A stretch of 64,000 nucleotides of DNA, taken from the NCBI GenBank assembly GCA_050273025.1, contig CP158635.1, positions 8,804,001 through 8,868,000 of the forward strand, read 5' to 3'. This document shows, piece by piece, positions 1 to 13,689 of the stretch. The translations under genes were made by a program, and so were the position numbers. Source of the DNA: Cenococcum geophilum (Eukaryota). The notes under the pieces are model-generated. The model saw only the letters and a program-made list of their open reading frames with translations. It made no database searches and was not told the origin of the DNA. Positions within the stretch are counted from its first letter, which is position 1. Each line of letters starts with the position of its first letter.

Positions 1-1236
1 CTATAGGGTCTACTTAAATTAGTTCCCCCCGCTAGTAAGCTATGGCGATATTACGCTATAGACTTTATTACGGATCTTCCGCCATCTAAAGATGGCTAAG
101 GATGAATATACGATTCGGTCCTCGTACTTATTAATAAGTTTTTAAAGTATGTCTAATACCTTTCCGTTAATAATACGATTAATGTATAAAAGCTTACCAA
201 CCTAATTAAGGAGAAATGCTTTCTTAAAGTAGATTAGCCGCACTCTATTATTACTAATAGGGGTAGCGTCTTTATAAGTTAGTACTGGTCGGATCTATGC
301 TTCTATTTAAAGATAGACCACTATTACAGTACGGCTTTCTACCCGCAGATAGATGGGTAAATGGAACGCCAGAATTAGGAACTGGAGTCTTACCTACGGA
401 TGTATTTAAACTACTAGTAAGATAACTAGTGCGAGCTACTTCTGTACGTAGAGTACGCTTATAATTTAAAGCAATATACATTGTATAAGTATATACTAAT
501 CTAGATTACCTATAGCGTCCGACTATTTGGGTTTAATAGTATACCCGATAATTACTGGCTAAGGCCGTATAATTAGTTATAGGATCCTACTAAAAAGTCT
601 AAGGACATCCACCGAAGAGTATAAGGATACCTCTAAAAATAGGAGGAGTAATAAAAGTATGCGAAGTAGAGCCTATAAGATGCCTAAGAACAGTAAAGAC
701 TTTAGTATAACCGTAAGCACTAAAATAAGCATTTCGGAGTAGGCGATGAGGTTCTATTATGTTTAACAAATATTAAGACCTGTTAACTATTAAAAAAGCT
801 TAATGTAAGATACCTAGGTCTCTTTTAAGTTAAGGAACGAATTAATAAGCTAGCCTATTATCTTTAGTTACCCCTATCTATGGCCTATATATATTTAGTG
901 TTTTATATAAACCTACTAGAGCTATAGCATAGACTATTACCGGAAAAGAACTTCTGTCTAGGCCTAATTAAACACCTTAAGGTGGTGGGCGAGTGGTATA
1001 AGGTTAAAGCTATACTACGCTATAAGTCTGTTAAGAACAAGCTTTAATTTAAAGTTAAATAGCTAGGCTAGCCCGCTAAAAACTCTATATAGGAACTAGA
1101 GAATTACCTTAATTATTGTAAAGATATTCTAAAAGAATATTAGGACTAAGGTCTATAATTTACAAGTCGCAGAAAGCGTTCTAATACTATGGCGTCATCG
1201 CGACCTATAAAGAAAGCTTGCGAAAAGAGTAAATAG
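1..1236 (+). pseudogene. Gypsy pol C-terminus: integrase core, GPY/F region and chromodomain
   Basis: Conserved motifs are recognisable in one frame with many RIP stops; ends at TAG 1234-1236. Confidence 0.9.
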
Positions 1237-1399
1237 GTTAAATTAAATAGGGAACGGACAAGCTCCGGAAACTATAAGGATTAGGGCTATAGCCTAAGGC
1301 AGGACTGGTCTTTAGCCTTTTTACGTATATAGCATAGAATTAATAGGGCATTTTGCTAGAATTATATACCTATTAATTAATTTATACTAGGAATACTAT

Positions 1400-2257
1400 T
1401 CCTAGGGCTTCTAAGCCCTTCCTAAAAGCCTTCTAAGGCCTTCCTAAGCACCTAATTAAGGTCCTTAATTGCTACTATATATAAGAATAAATCCTAAAAG
1501 TCTAAACCATAAATATCCAATTTAAAAAGCTACTACGCCTTATTATTATTAGGAGTAGGATTAGTATCTATTAGGCCACTAAGTGATAGCTAACGAGAAT
1601 GGGATCTAGATGCCTTGGTAGGCGTATGAGTAGGTATGAAAACAGGGGTAGGATGATGAGGTGTGGCTGGGGCGGAGACTCTTAAACGCTTAATACTAAC
1701 ATTAGGTCCAAACCAATACTAATAAAGCTCTTGCGGCGTAAGCTTATAGTTAATAAAGACACGCTTAAGCCTAGAATAAATAGAGACGTTAGCTAGCTGG
1801 CATAGTCCAGAACCACTAAGACCTTACTATGGTAACTATTAGTTACCTATCTGCTAGGTACCTAAAGGGTAACCTACCTAATACCGTATTATATTATACT
1901 CTTTTAAAACTTAACGCGTATACGCAAACTCCTTTTTATAGTAGATAGCGACCTTCTTCTTATTACCCTTATCCCGCACCCTATCCTTAGTATACTAACC
2001 TTACTCTTATATTAGGCATTACTAGCTAGCTTGCTAGGAATTATAGGCAGTATAGATAGCTATAGTATAGTCTCAAATTTAACTAAGATGTTTAGCATTG
2101 GCGCTAGAATAAGACAAAGCCTAGGTAATATAGTAGTTAAGGACATTAAAGGATTGTCGCCACTTAGGCCCAGGCTATTAAAGCTTAAAGTTAGTAATGG
2201 AAATCTATTAAGGATAGAGAAGCTTACCTTAACGTAACTGCCGCTCTTAGTACGCAT
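1400..2257 (-). pseudogene. Antisense spliced Cys-rich accessory gene of Gypsy family A
   Basis: ATG at 2257 (MRTKSGSYVK), then a gtaagc...tactaac...aag intron and a Cys-rich exon (C-x2-C...C..C...CC...C after de-RIP); 3' end approximate. Confidence 0.5.
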
Positions 2258-3539
2258 GTATTAATTATAAGGACTAAAGGTATTAGATTTAACGCAGTGC
2301 GTCTTATTACAAGCCTTTAGAATCCTGTTATTAGATTTCTGGTCTTTTAAAGACGTATAGGCAAAATCATTTAGGTAGGACTAGCACTAGTTATAGGTTA
2401 GTAGGGGTTAGGGTTTTATGTATAAAGGTAAGGCCAGGATACGCTGTAGAATTTGCTTAAAAGAGTAGTCAGTAGGAGAACAAAGAGGTATATTAAATTG
2501 ATAATAAAAAAGAAGAAAATCTTAATAATATATTAAAGATACGTCCAAATTAGACGAAGGTTAATAATAGGAAGTAAGGTGTTGAGGAAAAGAATTAAGC
2601 TTGATAAGTAAAGTGTCTTTATACTTTACCGTCTAATACCCTTTTAGTAAATAGCCGCAACCTTACCAATATAACTCCGTTATAATAGCGCTATTTAAAA
2701 GGAAGGAAATACGCGTATAAGTTATTTGACTATTACTTCCTTATAAAAACTAACTACGCGGCCAGGGGAAGGCAATTAAGACGTTAAATTAAAGACGTAT
2801 ATGGGTTAAATTAGACTTAAAATAATACTATAGTATTAAAGAACAACGTTATAGACGTTTTTAACAATTGTATAATAGCTATAATTGCTATTACAAAATG
2901 TCCCTATTTGCTAGGTAGTAGAGCTACACCAAATATACGGCATAGGACTACTAGATTTAAAACTACATGCACTAAATCTTAAAAGATAAGTCTTTTTAAC
3001 TAACTAATTAATACCCTAACCGTATCTAATAGCTTAAGGGCAAATGCGGGAGTAATGCGTTAGTGACGCAGGGGATTATAAGAAAAGGATTATGAGAAAA
3101 GATTATAGACTATATCTTAGCAGTTAAAGATAACGGCAAGCCAAGGCTCCGTATGTTAAATCCCATACTAAAGGTTTTACGGAACTATACTAGAATACTA
3201 AATTGCCTATAATACTCGTAATTAATTATAGACCGGTATAAAGGCTTGGAAGTAGAGTTGTATAAAAATCCCTATATTAGCCTAGGTAGTTATTAGTATA
3301 CTTCCAGTAGGCTTCTAATAGGTCTTTTAGCAATCCTTGCGTTTTTTCTCTAGTTATGTTTTTTCCTTATTAAGGTTTTTTAGGAGTTTAAAGTAGGGGT
3401 TAGATAGATAGATAATATACAGCGGTATATTAACACCTCTCCGATATCTCTCCGAACCTCTTCTAGGACGAGCCCTTATAATCTCCCTACTATAAGGTAA
3501 TGGCGATTGGGGGCTGACTATAAGAAGGGGGGGGGGTAA

Positions 3540-3754
3540 TATAAGGGATATTATTACGGACACCTTGGGTTGCCCTTAGAATAACCCCTAAACGCCCCTT
3601 AGATGGTTGCCGGTCACGTACCGGAGGCACGTGCCTGTAGTATATAGTCTTTACGATTCTAGAGGCCTTACCTCCTTAAGGATTCGTCTCTCTTACTAAT
3701 CTATCCTGTTCTAATCGTGTCCTTATAGCCCCCTGTCTACAAGACCCCCTTATA
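3540..3754 (+). repeat. 3' LTR of family A (215 bp)
   Basis: Inverted termini tataaggg...cccttata (RIPped tgtaaggg...cccttaca) directly after the PPT. Confidence 0.8.
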
Positions 3755-3759
3755 ACTAG

Positions 3760-5480
3760 TTAGCTTACCGTATATTATTAGGTAAAAATTATCCTAATTA
3801 ATAAAAAAGATATAGCCGTAGTTCTAATTAGCTAGAGAAGGCTCTTGCGATATAGAATTATCTTAATCATCTAATTTGGTATTATTATTAATTAAAAGAG
3901 GGGAGGAAGTAGTTAATCTATAAACCCTATACGGTATTAAAGGAGTTAAGTAACGCGTAGATTATGGATTTAATAAGAAAGAAGTAGAGAAAGAAATAGA
4001 GGAAACCCTTTACTACCTAGCTAACGCGTAAAATGTAATATACGTTGCATTTTATATAGGTAGTAAGGTGGTAAATTTTGGTATAGGAAAATGGGTTTAT
4101 AGCGCGTATAGAAATATTAGGGAAAATGCTTTATTTACTATAGCTAAGTAAGAAATTCCTATAGATTTCTTATTGCTTAGCGTATAATCTTAGTTAAAGA
4201 TTTAAATATCTTTAACTTCTACTAAATCTTACTATTAAGGTAGCGAGCTGCTAGCTAACTGTAGTCTTATAGCTAACTAACTGTTATAACTCTATAAGCT
4301 CGCTAACTGCTTACATTATTAGCCTCTTAGTAGCGACGCTAGTAGCGACGCTAGCTCTTAAACACATTAGATTCTAACTAGAAGCCCCTTTAGCTATAGC
4401 TATAGCGGTAGTAGTAGTGGTAGTAATATAACCTTAGGGCTGGTCTACTAACCCCCTATATTTACCTATAGAAGCGGCCCTTTTAGCTCTATCTATTATA
4501 GGATTTAGTATATATATATCCGCCTAGGCAAGCGCTATAGGCTTTTCTTCCCGTATAACTTCGCTACTACTACTACCATTACTACCGCTACTATAGCTAA
4601 AGCCGTAGTCCTAGCTAGAGCCTAAGTCTAGGTCTCTACCTATATACTATATAAGCCGCGCGGTAAACTCTATATAGGCCCTTTAGCGTAAATAGACTAA
4701 AGGACTAAAAGGTAATGTTTTTATAGTAGCGCTAAATTTTAAATAGGGTAGTAGATAGTAGGCTAGCTGGTAAAAAAGGTTTAATAGTACTCCCTATAGC
4801 TTAAGGTTATTAAGGAGATTAAACGGGTTATATAGGTTTAGAAGGTTAGCGAGGAAGCGGTTATATAGTAGATTAATCTATAGTAGGAGTAGATGCAGTA
4901 CTTACTAAATTAGCTTTATAAACGGCTTTAAATAGGTAAAAAAAAGCTTTAAAATAGTTTTATATATTATCTACATCTAACTTCTAATAAGATACTAAAA
5001 GGCCCTCTATTAAAGCCTTTGTCTATAGCCCTTAGGGGCTTATTTTTATATTATATAAGTTTAATAGGGTGCTTTAGGGTACTTATATAATAGCGGCGCA
5101 CAACTTAAAACGCGAATATCTTTATTAACCTATAGCCGATTTTTACAATTCTAGTATAAGTAGAAAGTGCTCAGTAGGCTCTATATAGCGCTTAACGAAT
5201 ATTAAAAGTGCGGCGTTACTAGCGATTAAAAATCGACTATAGATATAGGGTAATATCTATAGTTGCTAAATGCATGGGCCTCCTTGCCCGCGTAATTATA
5301 ACTTAGCCGTTAATTTAGCTATATAAATGTAACTATAGATATACTATTAGTCTAAAAGACTTTATAGACTTTATTAAGCGACGCGACTTGTTTTATATAT
5401 AGAGTAATTACCTTCTTTAATTAAATTATCCTATACCCCTATAGCGGTTATTATCTCGGAAATACCATTAAATTAATCCG
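3760..5480 (-). pseudogene. RIP-degraded gene of unknown function (backbone between elements A and B1)
   Basis: Minus-strand coding-like stretches with intron-like signals; no family recognised; limits approximate. Confidence 0.3.
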
Positions 5481-5609
5481 TAGAAGCAGCTCTATAATCA
5501 ATAAATATCTCTACCCTATAAGTCCCCGCGATATTAAGTAGAAAGCTCACTAAATAGGCAATATATCGATTAAATCGCTTACGGCCTACCTAAATAATAA
5601 CCACCTAAG

Positions 5610-6032
5610 TGTTACGGACGCTTTAAGTACGATATTACGACTACTTGGAGAGGAGTCGGAAGAAGCTAGTTGGTTAATTTAGGCACGGTCTAGAATAGAG
5701 CCGATAGAGCTATGTAATAAAGAATGGTAACCGAAGTTATATAATGTTATACGCAGTATACGCAGTATACGAAAGGAACGTATATATAACACGTATAATA
5801 CGTACCTTACGTATAAGGGAGATTTCTTAGGAGTACGGTCGTGTATTTAAGGACCCTTAGTCCCTACCTAGATAGTTCTTTCCTTGTAGTAATTCTTAGA
5901 ATACAATTAGAGTTAATTTATTAGGCAACTACTCCACTAGTTATTATTACGTTGTTAACTTTAATTTGCATTACCTATATACTTAGCCTAATAATAAGCC
6001 TACCGTAGTACCTACTATAAGGTTTCGTTATA
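5610..6032 (+). repeat. 5' LTR of B1
   Basis: Homologous to LTRs at 18562 (split), 33348, 34707 and 42887; TG...CA termini (RIPped); TATA-like gtatttaa at ~5843. Confidence 0.95.
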
Positions 6033-6077
6033 TAATTACTACCTAGTTACAGTATTAAATATAGAAAGTTAAACAAC

Positions 6078-8712
6078 ATGCCACTAAAAGCAGCCACTAT
6101 AACGCTATTGACGGCGGCAACTACTTTAAGGTTAGGAGGTAATACTAATATAGTAGATACTAACTTATAGCAATTTGTAACGGTTGGACAACTATAAGAG
6201 ATAGTTAACCAATTGACAACTAATAATGCGGCGCTAGAAGAAAGGGTTAATAGGATAAGAGCAGCGAAGATTAAGTTACTATTAATTAAGAGATACTTAG
6301 GGGAGAGATTAAAGCTTAAAGGATTTCTTATATAAATATACTTTAAAGTTATATAAAAAGGGGCAAAGCTACTAATACCTATGGATTAAATAGCCTACGC
6401 GGGACTATTCCTATTAGGAAGAGTACTTAAGTAGTTTAAGCCTTACCTTACGGAAATATAGGTAAATAGAATAATAACCACCAACTAAGAGGTGCGATTT
6501 ATATTCTTAAGCTGGGAAGGATTTACGGAGCAACTTATATAAATATTTAGAGACCCAAAGGTAGTAACTATGGTAGAAAAAAAACTCCAAGATATTATAT
6601 AACGAACCTTAGCAGTTAAGTATATAATATAGTTCTAGACATTAGCTACGTAAGTTAAGTAGAATAATAAAGCGCTTATGGCATAGTATAAATAAGGACT
6701 TAAGGCTAAAGTCTAGAACGCGATTATTCTAATAAAAGATGCGGATACCCTACGGGAGTTAATAGATTAAGTAATTAAGATTAACAATTGGATCTACTAA
6801 AGGAAATAGGCTAAGAGAGGCTAGGATAGAGTTCTATAGTTATATAAGGTGTAGAGTACGCAATAACTAAAGTTAAGTTAGAAACTATAGTATAGTACAG
6901 AACTAATAGACCTAAGTGGTACTAAAGAAGCCTATAAGAGATAGAGTAAGAAACTATAGAAACCTAGAGGTTAAGGATCTAGTAATTATAGGACTAAGGA
7001 ATAGAGGCTAAACTAGGGATTTTAGCAGTAGAAGACGTTTAGGCGGACTCTATAGTAAAGTTAGTAGTTTAAGGACAGAGCTTATATAAATTGCGGGAAA
7101 TAAAGTTATTTCGTAAGGGATTATAAAGATAGTTAGAGTTACTACGTAATAAAGGGAACCTAATTAATAGTAGAAGACACATACGTATAGAGGGATAATA
7201 GTGTTCTACGGGGAATAAAAGAATGTTTAATTAGAAGTTTCGCGTTTTATTATAACAATGCATGCCAAATTTATAAAGACGCTAAGTATGGTATAAGCTA
7301 TTGGCTATAAAAGCCAAAATCCTTAGAATATAGGGGGACTAATAAAATATTACGCAAATCGGATATTAAGGACGACGAGTTTAATATAGGCGAAATGTTT
7401 ATAGACAACGAGGTAATAAAGGTAGTTTACTAGGAACGTATAAACCTTAAAGAAGTTATATTAGAAGTAAAGACTAAGACCGCTATAAAGTAAGGTTTAG
7501 TAATAGGTATTATAACACCGTTAGATACGGTATCTATTACTTTATAAGATAAAAGGAAGAGTATCTTATAGAGATTAAGTAAGCAAGCAACTACTAGTGC
7601 TAATTCATTACTTAATAAAGGCAAAAAGCTAAAGGCTTAAGATTCTTAAGACGAGATAAGAGACGACTAAGATTTTTAAGATAAGATAAGGTATACCTAA
7701 GGACCTATAACGGATAGGAACCGATAGAGTAGGGTAATAGCTTAGTTTAAAGATATACGAATGAGCTTAGGATAGAGTTTCCTATAGGCATAAGACTCTT
7801 AAGATAAGATAAGTAAGATTTAAGACTCTTAAGACGAGATGAGAATACCTAAGCCTAGTTGGACTAAGGTAGGAGTAAAGCTTAAGATAAAAGCCAGCTT
7901 AGGATTAAGAATCCTATAGAACTAAGATTTTAAGACATAAATAAGGACTATTAATAAGATTAAGAAGTAAGATAACTTTAAGGATCTACTTATACAGTAA
8001 TAAGAAGATACTTCCTTATAGATAAACCGTATATACTCCAGCAGCTGTACTAAAAGTAGTATAGGCAACGACATAATAATAAGTAGGAAGATTTCTACAT
8101 GTGGTTAGATAAGAAAGTTATTTAAGACTACCCAATTATAGAAAAGGCTATAAGTTATATTAAAGGAGCCTTAATTATAACGTTAAGAGATCTAGAGAAG
8201 CGATTAGAGGACTAAAGAAGTGAGAGATAAATTTTAGTACCTGTAAACGAAGTCGCAACGCTTAGATTAACACGAGAAAGGTTTAAACTTAAGGATGAAG
8301 ACGAGCTAAGAGTTAACCTAAAACACTAAGTATATTATATATTGGCATAGATTGCATATATAAATAATATATATAATATATATAGAGCACCTAAGGACAA
8401 AAACTAGAAGTACCTAGTAAGGATATATTGGGTACCGGATAAGGCGAAATATTAAAACGCTAGGTATATATATAGTTAGCACCCAGTAAAAGTATAAAGC
8501 TAAGGGGACTTAATACTTTAACTAGGAAGATTCCTTACGGAAGAATGCCTAGATAGATAATAGTAGTGGGAATATCTAGAGAACACGTGTCTATAGTATA
8601 TTAAAGATAAAAAATAAACTAAGTATTGGCTAAAAGTGGACTAAGTATAAATAGGATTAAGTAGCTAATAGTTAGGAAAAGTAGAGGCCTATAAAACTAA
8701 AGGGAACTAGTA
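6078..8712 (+). pseudogene. B1 gag with CCHC knuckle and a long C-terminal extension
   Basis: ATG 6078 (MPLKAA..); capsid-like LSGRALEWFEPY; knuckle CINCGKQGHFARDC at ~7080-7125; extra Cys/His motifs (CYNDACQIH..; LAWIACTDDACDTH..) and QDSQDEM-like repeats at 7640-7950. Confidence 0.85.
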
Positions 8713-11700
8713 ATAGAGCCTTAAACCCTTAAAGTAATTTAAGGATAATACCTAAATTTATAAGTTAAGTAGTAAGATTAATAGTTCGAAGCACTAGTAG
8801 ATAGTAGAGTAATAAGGAACTATATCTTACTAGCAGTAATTAAAAGAATAGGGTTACCACACAGGAAAAAGGAGCACCCTTACCTATTAGTAACAATTTT
8901 AGGAGATCCAATAGCCTATAGAGGAGGTATTATTAACCTTAAAACAGGACCTATTTAGCTAACTATTAAAGGGAGACAAATTAAGATATCTTTTAATATA
9001 TTACTATTAGGGAATAATAAGGCAGTGTTAGGAATGCCTTAGTTATAGGAATACAATCTAAAGATCGATTAGATTACAGGTTAGGTCAATATTAGGGATA
9101 CTTAATGCCATAAGATATAATAATAAGCTAAGTTAGTATAGTACTAAGTAGGAGCGACCTATAAAGAAACGGAAAAAGGACTAAGCTATGTACTAAAGAG
9201 ATACCATAAGTACGGCAAGAAACTATAGTTACTAGAAAGTAAAAAGCTGTTAGAGTATATAGTATAGGATTATAAGATAGAGTTAGAACTAGGAATAAGT
9301 TTAAGGTTTTTTCTAACCTATAAGCTTACTAAAGAAGAAGGTAGAGTATTAAAAGAGTTTGTTTAGGAGAACCTATAAAAGGGATATATTAGACCATTAT
9401 AGTTATTAGTAGGTTATCCAGTACTATTTATACTAAAGAAAAATAGTAAACTAAGGCTATGTATAAACTATAGACAGTTAAACAGCATTACTAGAAAGGA
9501 TAGGTATCCTTTACCCTTAATTAGCAAAATCTAAGACAGGATAGGCAACGTGTAAATCTTTACAAAAATAGATCTAAGATAAGCGTATTATTAAATCTGG
9601 ATTAAGGAAGGCGATAAATAAAAGGCAGCCTTTAGGTTAAAAGAAGGACTATATAAACCATTAGTTATATAATTCGGGCTTATAAATGTATTAGCAATGT
9701 TTTAGAAGCGTATTAATAATATATTAGGAGAACACTTAGATGAATTTGTTATGGCATACCTTAATAATATTATTATCTACTTAATAACTAAGGAAGAATA
9801 TAGGGAACACGTTAAATAGGTTTTAAAGAGACTATAAGAAAAACAGATGCTAGTAGCAATTAAGAAATATAAGTTCTCTACTAGGAAGACTAATTTTGTT
9901 AAATTTATTATTAAACTAGGCTAACTTAGTATAGATCTAAAAAAGATTAAGGCTATAGTTAATTAGTAAGAACTAGAGAACGTTATACAGTTAAGATTGT
10001 TTTTAGGGTTTTACAATTACTATAGAAGGTTTATAGCGCAATAGTTAAAGGATATTAAACCGTTTACGCGGTTAATAAAGAAAGAAGAACTATAGGTATA
10101 GGAAGAGGAACAGCGGAAATTGTTTAAAGAAGTTAAAAAGTTATTTACCTAGGAGCCAGTTCTTAAGATCTATTAACTAGAACTAGAGACGGTTATAGAA
10201 ACGGATGTATTAGACTTTATATTAGGGGTATACTTTATATAGAAATATTAAAATAGATAGCACCTAATGGCGTACTATAGTTAGAAGATAATACTACTCG
10301 AGTTAAACTATAATATCTATAATAAGGAGTTATTAGGTATAGTTACAGCACTAAAGGAATAAAGAGTATTCTTATAAGGTATAGAGAAACTATTTATAGT
10401 TAAAATAGATTATAAAAACCTAATAGGATTTCTAATAATAAAGGAACTTAACTAAAGATAGGTTAAATGGGCAGAGATGCTTATAGAATACCATTTCGAG
10501 ATTTAGTATACTAAAGGTATAGACAATACGCGAGCAGACGCTTTAAGTAGAAAGGCTGAATTATAAAATAATAAAAAGCTATTAGGGGCTTTATTACAAA
10601 AAGATATAGATAGATTAATTAGGTATAATTATTTAAAAATCATAGTAACTTAAGAAGATAATAAGCTAGGAAGAGTCTACGAGATACTAGAGAGCTTTTA
10701 GGTATAAAGGATCTTTAAAGCATAATTAGAAGAACAGTTAGAATATCTAGGAGAAGAAATATTGTATAAATATAGAGAGGTAAAGTATATCCTAAAAAGT
10801 ATAGTAGAATACTTTATAGAAGATTTCTATAAGGGAATAACTTAAGGATATAATAGAGCCACGGGCTTAATATTAAGACTTTAGGAGGAGTATATTATTG
10901 ACGGAATCTAGGGCTTAGCAAGAAAAGTTATAAAGGAGTATCTAGATTGCTAGAGAAATAAATTAATAAGGTATAAGCTATATAAAGGGCTATAACCTAT
11001 TAAAATACTAGAGAGACTATAGGAGGTTATATTATAGGACTTTATTATTAAGTTACTAAAGTTAAGAGATCTTATTACCGGATAAGACCATAATATAATT
11101 TTAGTAATAGTAGATAAGCTTATAAAGTGGGGATACTTTATAGCATATATAGAAGAAATATTAGCAGAAGATATCGCCAGAATCTATATAAAAGAAGTAT
11201 TTATAAGACACGGAGCACTAAGTAAAATTATATTAGATAGAGATTTAAGATTCATAATAGTATTCTAGGAGGTATTCTTAGCAGAATAAGGAATTAGAGT
11301 AGTAACTTCTACTATATATTATCTATAAATAGACGGTTAAACGGAAAGATTAAATTAGACACTAAAATAGTATTTAAGATATTATATTAATCACGCGTAG
11401 AATAATTAAGTATTATTGTTACTAGTTATATAGTTTGTATATAATATAACACCATAAGAGGGAATAGGCATATTACTATTTAAGGCAAACTATGGATATA
11501 AGCTAAGAATATTGTTGTTACTATAGTAAACGAAGAAAATAAATAGCACAGTTAAAGGAAAGATAAAGATACTAATAAATCTTTATATAGACCTTATAGA
11601 ATTAGTAAAAAGAGTATAAGAGAGAATAAAAAAGTACTATAATGCTAAGAGATCTAAGGGACTAGATCTTAAGGAGGGAGATAAAGTATGGCTACTATAT

Positions 11701-12105
11701 AAAAATTTCAAAAGTCGACGACTAAGTAAGAAGTTAAACTATATTAGACTAGGACCTTTTGAAATTATATAAAGAATTTTACTAGTTATATTTAAGTTAA
11801 ACCTACTAGCTAAAATAAAGATTTACCCTATATAGTATATCGCAATGCTAGAACTAGTATATAGAAATATTAAGCTACTAGTTTATAAAGCAGACATATA
11901 TAGAGGATAAGAAGAAAACGAATAGTAAGTCTTAAAGATCGTTAGTTATAAGGACATTAACAATAAAACATAGTATAAGGTTAAGTGGATAGGCTATAAA
12001 AAGACTACCTAGAAGCTACTAGAGAATTTAAAAAACGCTATAGGAAAGGTATAGAAGTATTAAAAGAGATTAGGTTAGGCAGTATTAATAAAAAAGGATT
12101 GCTAA
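8713..12105 (+). pseudogene. B1 pol: protease, reverse transcriptase, RNase H, integrase, chromodomain
   Basis: ALVDSGATRN (~8790), [27 protein letters not shown] (~9755), ETDASD (~10198), NYDIHDKELL, WDFI.KLP, YHPQTDGQTER, chromodomain WYEVKW.GYEETTWEP (~11970-12020). Confidence 0.93.
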
Positions 12106-12360
12106 AAAATAAGTTACCTAAGGCGGACCTAAGAAGAGCAGTTACTAAACTATTTAAATCTATTTCCTTTTTAACTAAAAGAAAAACTATTCTTTTATTA
12201 CTAAGTTCCTATAGACCCTATTTTATAAGTTTCTACTTCTTAAAATAAACCTTCTTATAAACCTTTTTAAGACAAAGTAACTAAGTAGACGCTATAATAT
12301 AGGATTTAAGGGCCTTCTGCTCCACATCTTAAAAATATTCTAATTTAATAAGAGCTTAAG

Positions 12361-12563
12361 TGTTAGGACGCTAAGGTCCTTAGGGTATATAGTAACATAA
12401 TAATAGTAACGGGATGTAAAAAGTATCTAGTTCTTGATAAAGTAGAACTATAAAACTGAATTCTACTATTTTTTAGTATGGGGCGACTGCGTTTTATAGG
12501 CGCCTCGCCTGCGCCTCGCCTGCGCTAAGCCGGTTACGGCTAGTATATCTCTATAGCCTAATA
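12361..12563 (-). repeat. 3' LTR of element C
   Basis: Near-identical to 17701-17903 apart from transitions; adjacent to the PPT. Confidence 0.95.
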
Positions 12564-12793
12564 ATTGCCCCACCCTTCTTAAGCGGCTGTCCTTAGCCGA
12601 CGCTATTATACAATAGGAGTGCTATTATTGTCCTTCTCTAAATAAAAAGTTTTTAATAAATTTAAGTAAATTAGATAATATAATAATAGGATAATGTAAT
12701 AATAGGACCTTATAGAGATCTATAAAGGTAGGAGTTTCTACCTAGGTAGGATATTAGATTTCCCTTCCAATTCTATTTTAATTTATTTAGCCT

Positions 12794-13680
12794 ATAACTT
12801 GCCTTCTTTACAACTTCTAATTAATTATAAATTGCAAGCGCTAAGCTATCGGTCCGCCTGCTAGTAAACCTTCCATAAGTATTTTTTATACTAGCTTATA
12901 GCTGTCGCTAACCCTACTAAACGCCGTTAAAGCTCCTATGTCGCTCGTAAGCCGCTCCCCTAGCCTTGCTAGAACTAATCTACCTCCGCTATACTAAGCG
13001 TATAGCCACTACTAGGCGGGCTACCTACGGTAAGTAGGCTAACCGCAATTATAGGTACTGCTAATAACTAAATAAGTTATATTAACTAGTAAGTCTAAAT
13101 ACATTAGTTTAGGTTCTAATAGCTAACAGACTAGGTCCCTAAGGCCTTTTATAGCCGCCTAAATAAGCTACTCGCCCTTATTAATAAGGCTAAGCGCCAG
13201 CGGGTTGCTGGCGGAGACACGGCTAACCTTAATACTCGCGTCGCTGCTACCCAGAAGTCCTTTACGAAGGATATTAAGGCCTTAGTGCGCACCGGCACTA
13301 AGTACGGTCTCCATTAGCGCCTAAAGGGCGAAGACTTTCCCCTGCTTTAAGTGTAGGAATTATAGGCTATCCGTTATACTCTTAAAGGAATTCTTAACAT
13401 AATGCGCGCTTTAGTACGTGTTATAGCGCAGGTGTTTCGCTATTATAGCGTATACTAATAGTACCTATAGGCTAATATACCTCCTATTATAAGGGATAAG
13501 GAGGATAAGGGTAAGGAGAATAAGGAGAAAGGAGAGGGGGATAAGGAGGGAGAGGAGGAGGAGGAGGAAGAAGAGGAGGAGGTAGAGCTATAGAGGATCT
13601 GTATTTCTATTAACGTACTACTATTACTTCGCCGTTATTCCGTCGTCGCCCCGCTAATAAGGTATTATCCCGGTTATAAT
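12794..13680 (+). pseudogene. Antisense spliced gene of element C: Zn-cluster-like Cys6 motif, helical region, acidic tail
   Basis: De-RIPped CLRCAKR..C..C..C..C at ~12980-13085; introns with gt..gctaac..ag signals at ~12875-12931, 13089-13135 and ~13414-13470; poly-Glu tail at 13490-13585. Confidence 0.7.
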
Positions 13681-13689
13681 TAAAAGTTT

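Larger units (their letters stand above)
1..3754 (+). mobile_element. Ty3/Gypsy chromovirus family A, 3' portion (integrase, chromodomain, 3' region, PPT, 3' LTR); RIP-inactivated
   Basis: De-RIPped integrase motifs (PW..YAMDFITDLP; STAFYPQTDGQTERQNQELESYLR; YLGPF..IHPVFHVNLLE) and chromodomain (YEVEAIL..KVKWLGW..STWEP); polypurine tract aagaagggggggggg at 3522-3536 immediately before an LTR. Confidence 0.9.
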
